Positions 57,047 to 59,484 of a DNA stretch of 59,484 nt are shown piece after piece; the stretch's first letter is position 1, and each line of letters begins with the position of its first letter. Below the pieces are notes generated by a model that worked only from the letters and a program-made list of their open reading frames with translations, ran no database searches and was not told the DNA's origin. The DNA lies in the NCBI GenBank assembly GCA_044370175.1, contig JBILVZ010000004.1, positions 1 to 59,484 of the forward strand. The letters run 5' to 3'. The stretch comes from Methylococcaceae bacterium. Lineage in GTDB: Bacteria; Patescibacteriota; Microgenomatia; UBA1400; PJMF01. The position numbers and the translations under genes were made by a program.

Positions 57047-58378
57047 ATGAAATCTATCTTTTCCTTTCTCCTCCTCCACTACTTCCGCCTGCTGGCTAAG
57101 GTGCAGCTGTGGAAGATCAAACCACGCGTTATTGGCATCACTGGCAGTGCAGGCAAAAGTAGCACCATGGAAGCAGTGGCGGCAGTTTTGCAGGAAAAAT
57201 ACACCCTTAAAGTGGGTCGTAAAGCCAACTCAGAGTCTGGCATTCCGCTCAACATCTTGGGTCTAACTCCGCATACTTTTTCTCTACTCGACTGGTTGGG
57301 GCTCGCGCTGCTCGCCCCCCTCAAACTCCTCACCAACTGGGAAAAATATGACCTCTACATTGTCGAGATGGGCATTGATAGTCCCCATCCGCCCAAAAAC
57401 ATGGGCTACTTACTGACGGTGCTGCAACCAGAAATTGGCATCTTTACCAGTGTCGATGCAGTTCATTCCGAGACGTTTGACCCACTCATCCCACCAGAAA
57501 CCGAAGACCGGCGTGCAGCACTGGTAGAACTCATTGCTGCAGAAAAAGGCAGACTCACTCGCACACTGCCCAAAGATGGTCTAGCGGTACTCAATGCTGA
57601 CAAGCGAGTGCTGCTTGAAAATGCAGTCCCCACCAGCGCCAAGATCATGACGTTTGGCGAAAGCACCGTTGCTGATATCCAGATTGCCTCAGTCAACTGG
57701 GCTACTGATGGCACACGGATCGTCTACAAAACAACTGATGAGAAAGTCACCCTACACTTTGCAGACCACCTGCTCCCCCCACACTTTGCACACACATTTG
57801 GAGCAGCACTCTGTGTGGCCCAACATTTGGGTATCTCACCATACAAAGCAGGCAAGTTACTTGAAAAAAACTTCAAAATGCCACCTGGCCGCGCCACACT
57901 GATTCCAGCGCTCAATGGAGCAACAATTTTAGATAGTTCCTACAACGCCTCTGCCCAACCAATGCTTGATTTTCTTGACCTACTCTCCCAGCTACCTGCC
58001 AAGCGCAAACTTGCACTTTTGGGTGATATGCGCGAGCTTGGTTCTGTAGCCGAAGAGGATCATGTCCGGGTAGCAAAAAAGGTAGCCAAAGTGGTGGATA
58101 GTGTCGTGCTTGTCGGGCCATTGATGAAAGAATATGCCCTACCTGTCCTGCAAGCTGCCAAGGTCCACACCCAGTGGTTTCCCAGTGCTGCTCAAGCTGC
58201 ACTCTACCTACATAATCAGCTTCAAAAGGATGATATCTTGCTCGTTAAAGGTTCTCAAAATACGCTCCTACTTGAAATTGCTATTGAACAACTGATGGCT
58301 CATCCTGAAACTGCCGACAAACTCCTCTGCAGGCGAGGCAAATATTGGGATGGTGAACGGGAAAAATTATTGAGTTAA
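57047..58378 (+). CDS. murF: UDP-MurNAc-tripeptide--D-Ala-D-Ala ligase
   Basis: IGITGSAGKSST, VEMG, LDSSYNAS, LGDMRELG, LVKGSQ. Confidence 0.9.
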   Translation: MKSIFSFLLLHYFRLLAKVQLWKIKPRVIGITGSAGKSSTMEAVAAVLQEKYTLKVGRKANSESGIPLNILGLTPHTFSLLDWLGLALLAPLKLLTNWEKYDLYIVEMGIDSPHPPKNMGYLLTVLQPEIGIFTSVDAVHSETFDPLIPPETEDRRAALVELIAAEKGRLTRTLPKDGLAVLNADKRVLLENAVPTSAKIMTFGESTVADIQIASVNWATDGTRIVYKTTDEKVTLHFADHLLPPHFAHTFGAALCVAQHLGISPYKAGKLLEKNFKMPPGRATLIPALNGATILDSSYNASAQPMLDFLDLLSQLPAKRKLALLGDMRELGSVAEEDHVRVAKKVAKVVDSVVLVGPLMKEYALPVLQAAKVHTQWFPSAAQAALYLHNQLQKDDILLVKGSQNTLLLEIAIEQLMAHPETADKLLCRRGKYWDGEREKLLS

Positions 58379-58387
58379 ATCTTTTTC

Positions 58388-58435
58388 AATGAAGCAATTT
58401 GCTTCATTTACACATTTTATACACATAAGCATAAT
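58388..58435 (+). promoter_or_regulatory. Sigma70 promoter with adjoining palindrome
   Basis: TTTACA (58407-58412)-17 nt-CATAAT (58430-58435); AATGAAGCAA-t-TTGCTTCATT (58388-58408). Confidence 0.6.
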
Positions 58436-58448
58436 CTCACCCTATGTT

Positions 58449-58670
58449 TTGAGTAGTATTTTTTGCCGCTGCATCAATACGATGCTGGGCACTCACTGAG
58501 TGCTGGACGGAAGATACACTCAAGTTCTTTAACAACTTACTACTAGATTTAAACTACCGCCAAAACAAGGGTGGAATTTTCGAGATACATGGCATGTATT
58601 GGGTTTGACGACTTACAGTGTCTTGAGTATTCCACCCTTGTTTAACCATTTCTCATGGTGGAGCGGTTTT
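58449..58670 (+). ncRNA. Structured leader RNA of unknown family
   Basis: Two multi-helix domains separated by GTTCTTTAACAA; includes a perfect 15-bp helix 58563-58577/58629-58643. Confidence 0.55.
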
Positions 58671-58762
58671 CGTTTGCGTGGAGTTTTTTGTTCATCGTTT
58701 CTGTTGTGTTCAGGTGTTTTGACGAGTTTTCAATAGTTTCGAGTTTTTCAGGAGGTTCTCGT

Positions 58763-59484
58763 ATGATGTACCACAAGTGGTACCGACAAGTCGCGGTCTT
58801 TCTCCTGGCAGTAGGCTTTCTGAGCCTGCTGCCTATCTTCCTGCCTCTCAGTGTTGCTGAGGCGGAAGATACTTATGTGAGCAACACCAGTAGCGTTCTG
58901 CCTGGCAAAATTGAGCTTGTTACCAAAGGTGCCGATGGTCAGGCCGTGTATGCTGACCATTCTTTTCCAAGCATGGCTGAGGATGGCAGTTTGGTTTTTG
59001 TTTCGGACGCAACCAATTTGGTTGCACCACCAACTGCCAAGGGTGAGCATCGGTTCTATTTCTATGACAACGCCACAAAGACAATTTCCGTTTTGCCTTC
59101 GTTTGGGACGAATGCTGCTTTCCCTGCGAGCATCACGGCAGATAAGGCGTGGATTTTGCTCCATGCCTATCTCTACAATACGAGCACTGGTGAGTTTACC
59201 ACTGTGGCAAAAGCTGACGGTACTTCACTTGCTGCAGCAGCCGCAGAAGTAACTGGGGATGGCAGTGTCGTGGCAATCACGACACTGAAAAAACTGGTGC
59301 CAGAAGATACCAATACCAAATATGATTTGTACCTCTGGCATCGAGCCAAAAAAGAGGTGCAGTTCATCCCCACAACAAGTAGTGTCAATGGCATTGAGCG
59401 CGATTTTGCGCTGTCGGATGATGGGCAATTTGTTGCGTACGTTGTCCGAGGTTCAAGCTCTCCTGCCTGCGGAAGCCGGGCAGA
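58763..59484 (+). CDS. Secreted TolB/PD40-like beta-propeller protein (runs off window end)
   Basis: AGGAGG SD; signal peptide MMYHKWYRQVAVFLLAVGFLSLLPIFLPLSVAEA; repeats FVSDATNLV, LVPEDTNTKYDLYLW, LSDDGQFVAY; absent from the ORF track because no stop is in the window. Confidence 0.8.
   Translation, partial: MMYHKWYRQVAVFLLAVGFLSLLPIFLPLSVAEAEDTYVSNTSSVLPGKIELVTKGADGQAVYADHSFPSMAEDGSLVFVSDATNLVAPPTAKGEHRFYFYDNATKTISVLPSFGTNAAFPASITADKAWILLHAYLYNTSTGEFTTVAKADGTSLAAAAAEVTGDGSVVAITTLKKLVPEDTNTKYDLYLWHRAKKEVQFIPTTSSVNGIERDFALSDDGQFVAYVVRGSSSPACGSRA

Noticed and set aside
58465-58510. CTGGGCAC recalls ZTP and c-di-GMP-II riboswitch words
   Set aside because: The other conserved blocks of those families are not present; left as an unknown structure.
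58563-58580. AACAAGGGTGGAAT resembles a T-box core
   Set aside because: It lacks the ACC after TGGN, is fully paired in a perfect 15-bp helix, has no visible specifier stem, and the downstream gene is unrelated to amino acids.
58748-59428. ORF-track entries at the window end
   Set aside because: Shadows of the real frame starting at 58763.
1-59484. CRISPR array, DGR repeats, transposase, prophage, or TGA recoding
   Set aside because: No regular repeats or hallmark genes seen. Conserved genes read through without in-frame TGA and several end in TGA.

Overview
About 59.5 kb of a small-genome bacterial chromosome using standard code 11 (TGA is a stop). Gene content and compact layout suggest Patescibacteria/CPR, probably Microgenomates; this is inferred, not searched. 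Housekeeping genes (hisS, cmk-like, rpmE, prfA, htrA, ctpA, rpsF-ssb-rpsR, ychF, purF, cysS, hpf, recR, nadD/E, topA, dprA, murF, tRNA-Ala(CGC)) alternate with single orphan ORFs, several of them divergent enzyme homologues. Notable items: (1) a five-gene carotenoid cluster (crtE, crtB, LyeJ/CrtEb-like lycopene elongase, GT2, crtI) that predicts a glycosylated acyclic C50 carotenoid; (2) an unannotated His4 leader peptide with competing terminator and antiterminator upstream of hisS; (3) a ~320-nt structured leader with a boxA-like motif ahead of a secreted beta-propeller gene missing from the ORF track; (4) a thymidylate cluster that also carries a cytidylyltransferase, an HxHxQ HIT protein and a deaminase fusion; (5) an AT-rich HNH / MNT-HEPN / HigBA islet whose toxin looks like a NUDIX-HigB chimera; (6) an ECF-like sigma gene broken at two A7 runs; (7) many apparently leaderless genes, with a -10 box 5-9 nt before ATG. 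No CRISPR array, integrase or transposase was seen. All calls come from reading motifs by eye; no database searches or folding calculations were run.
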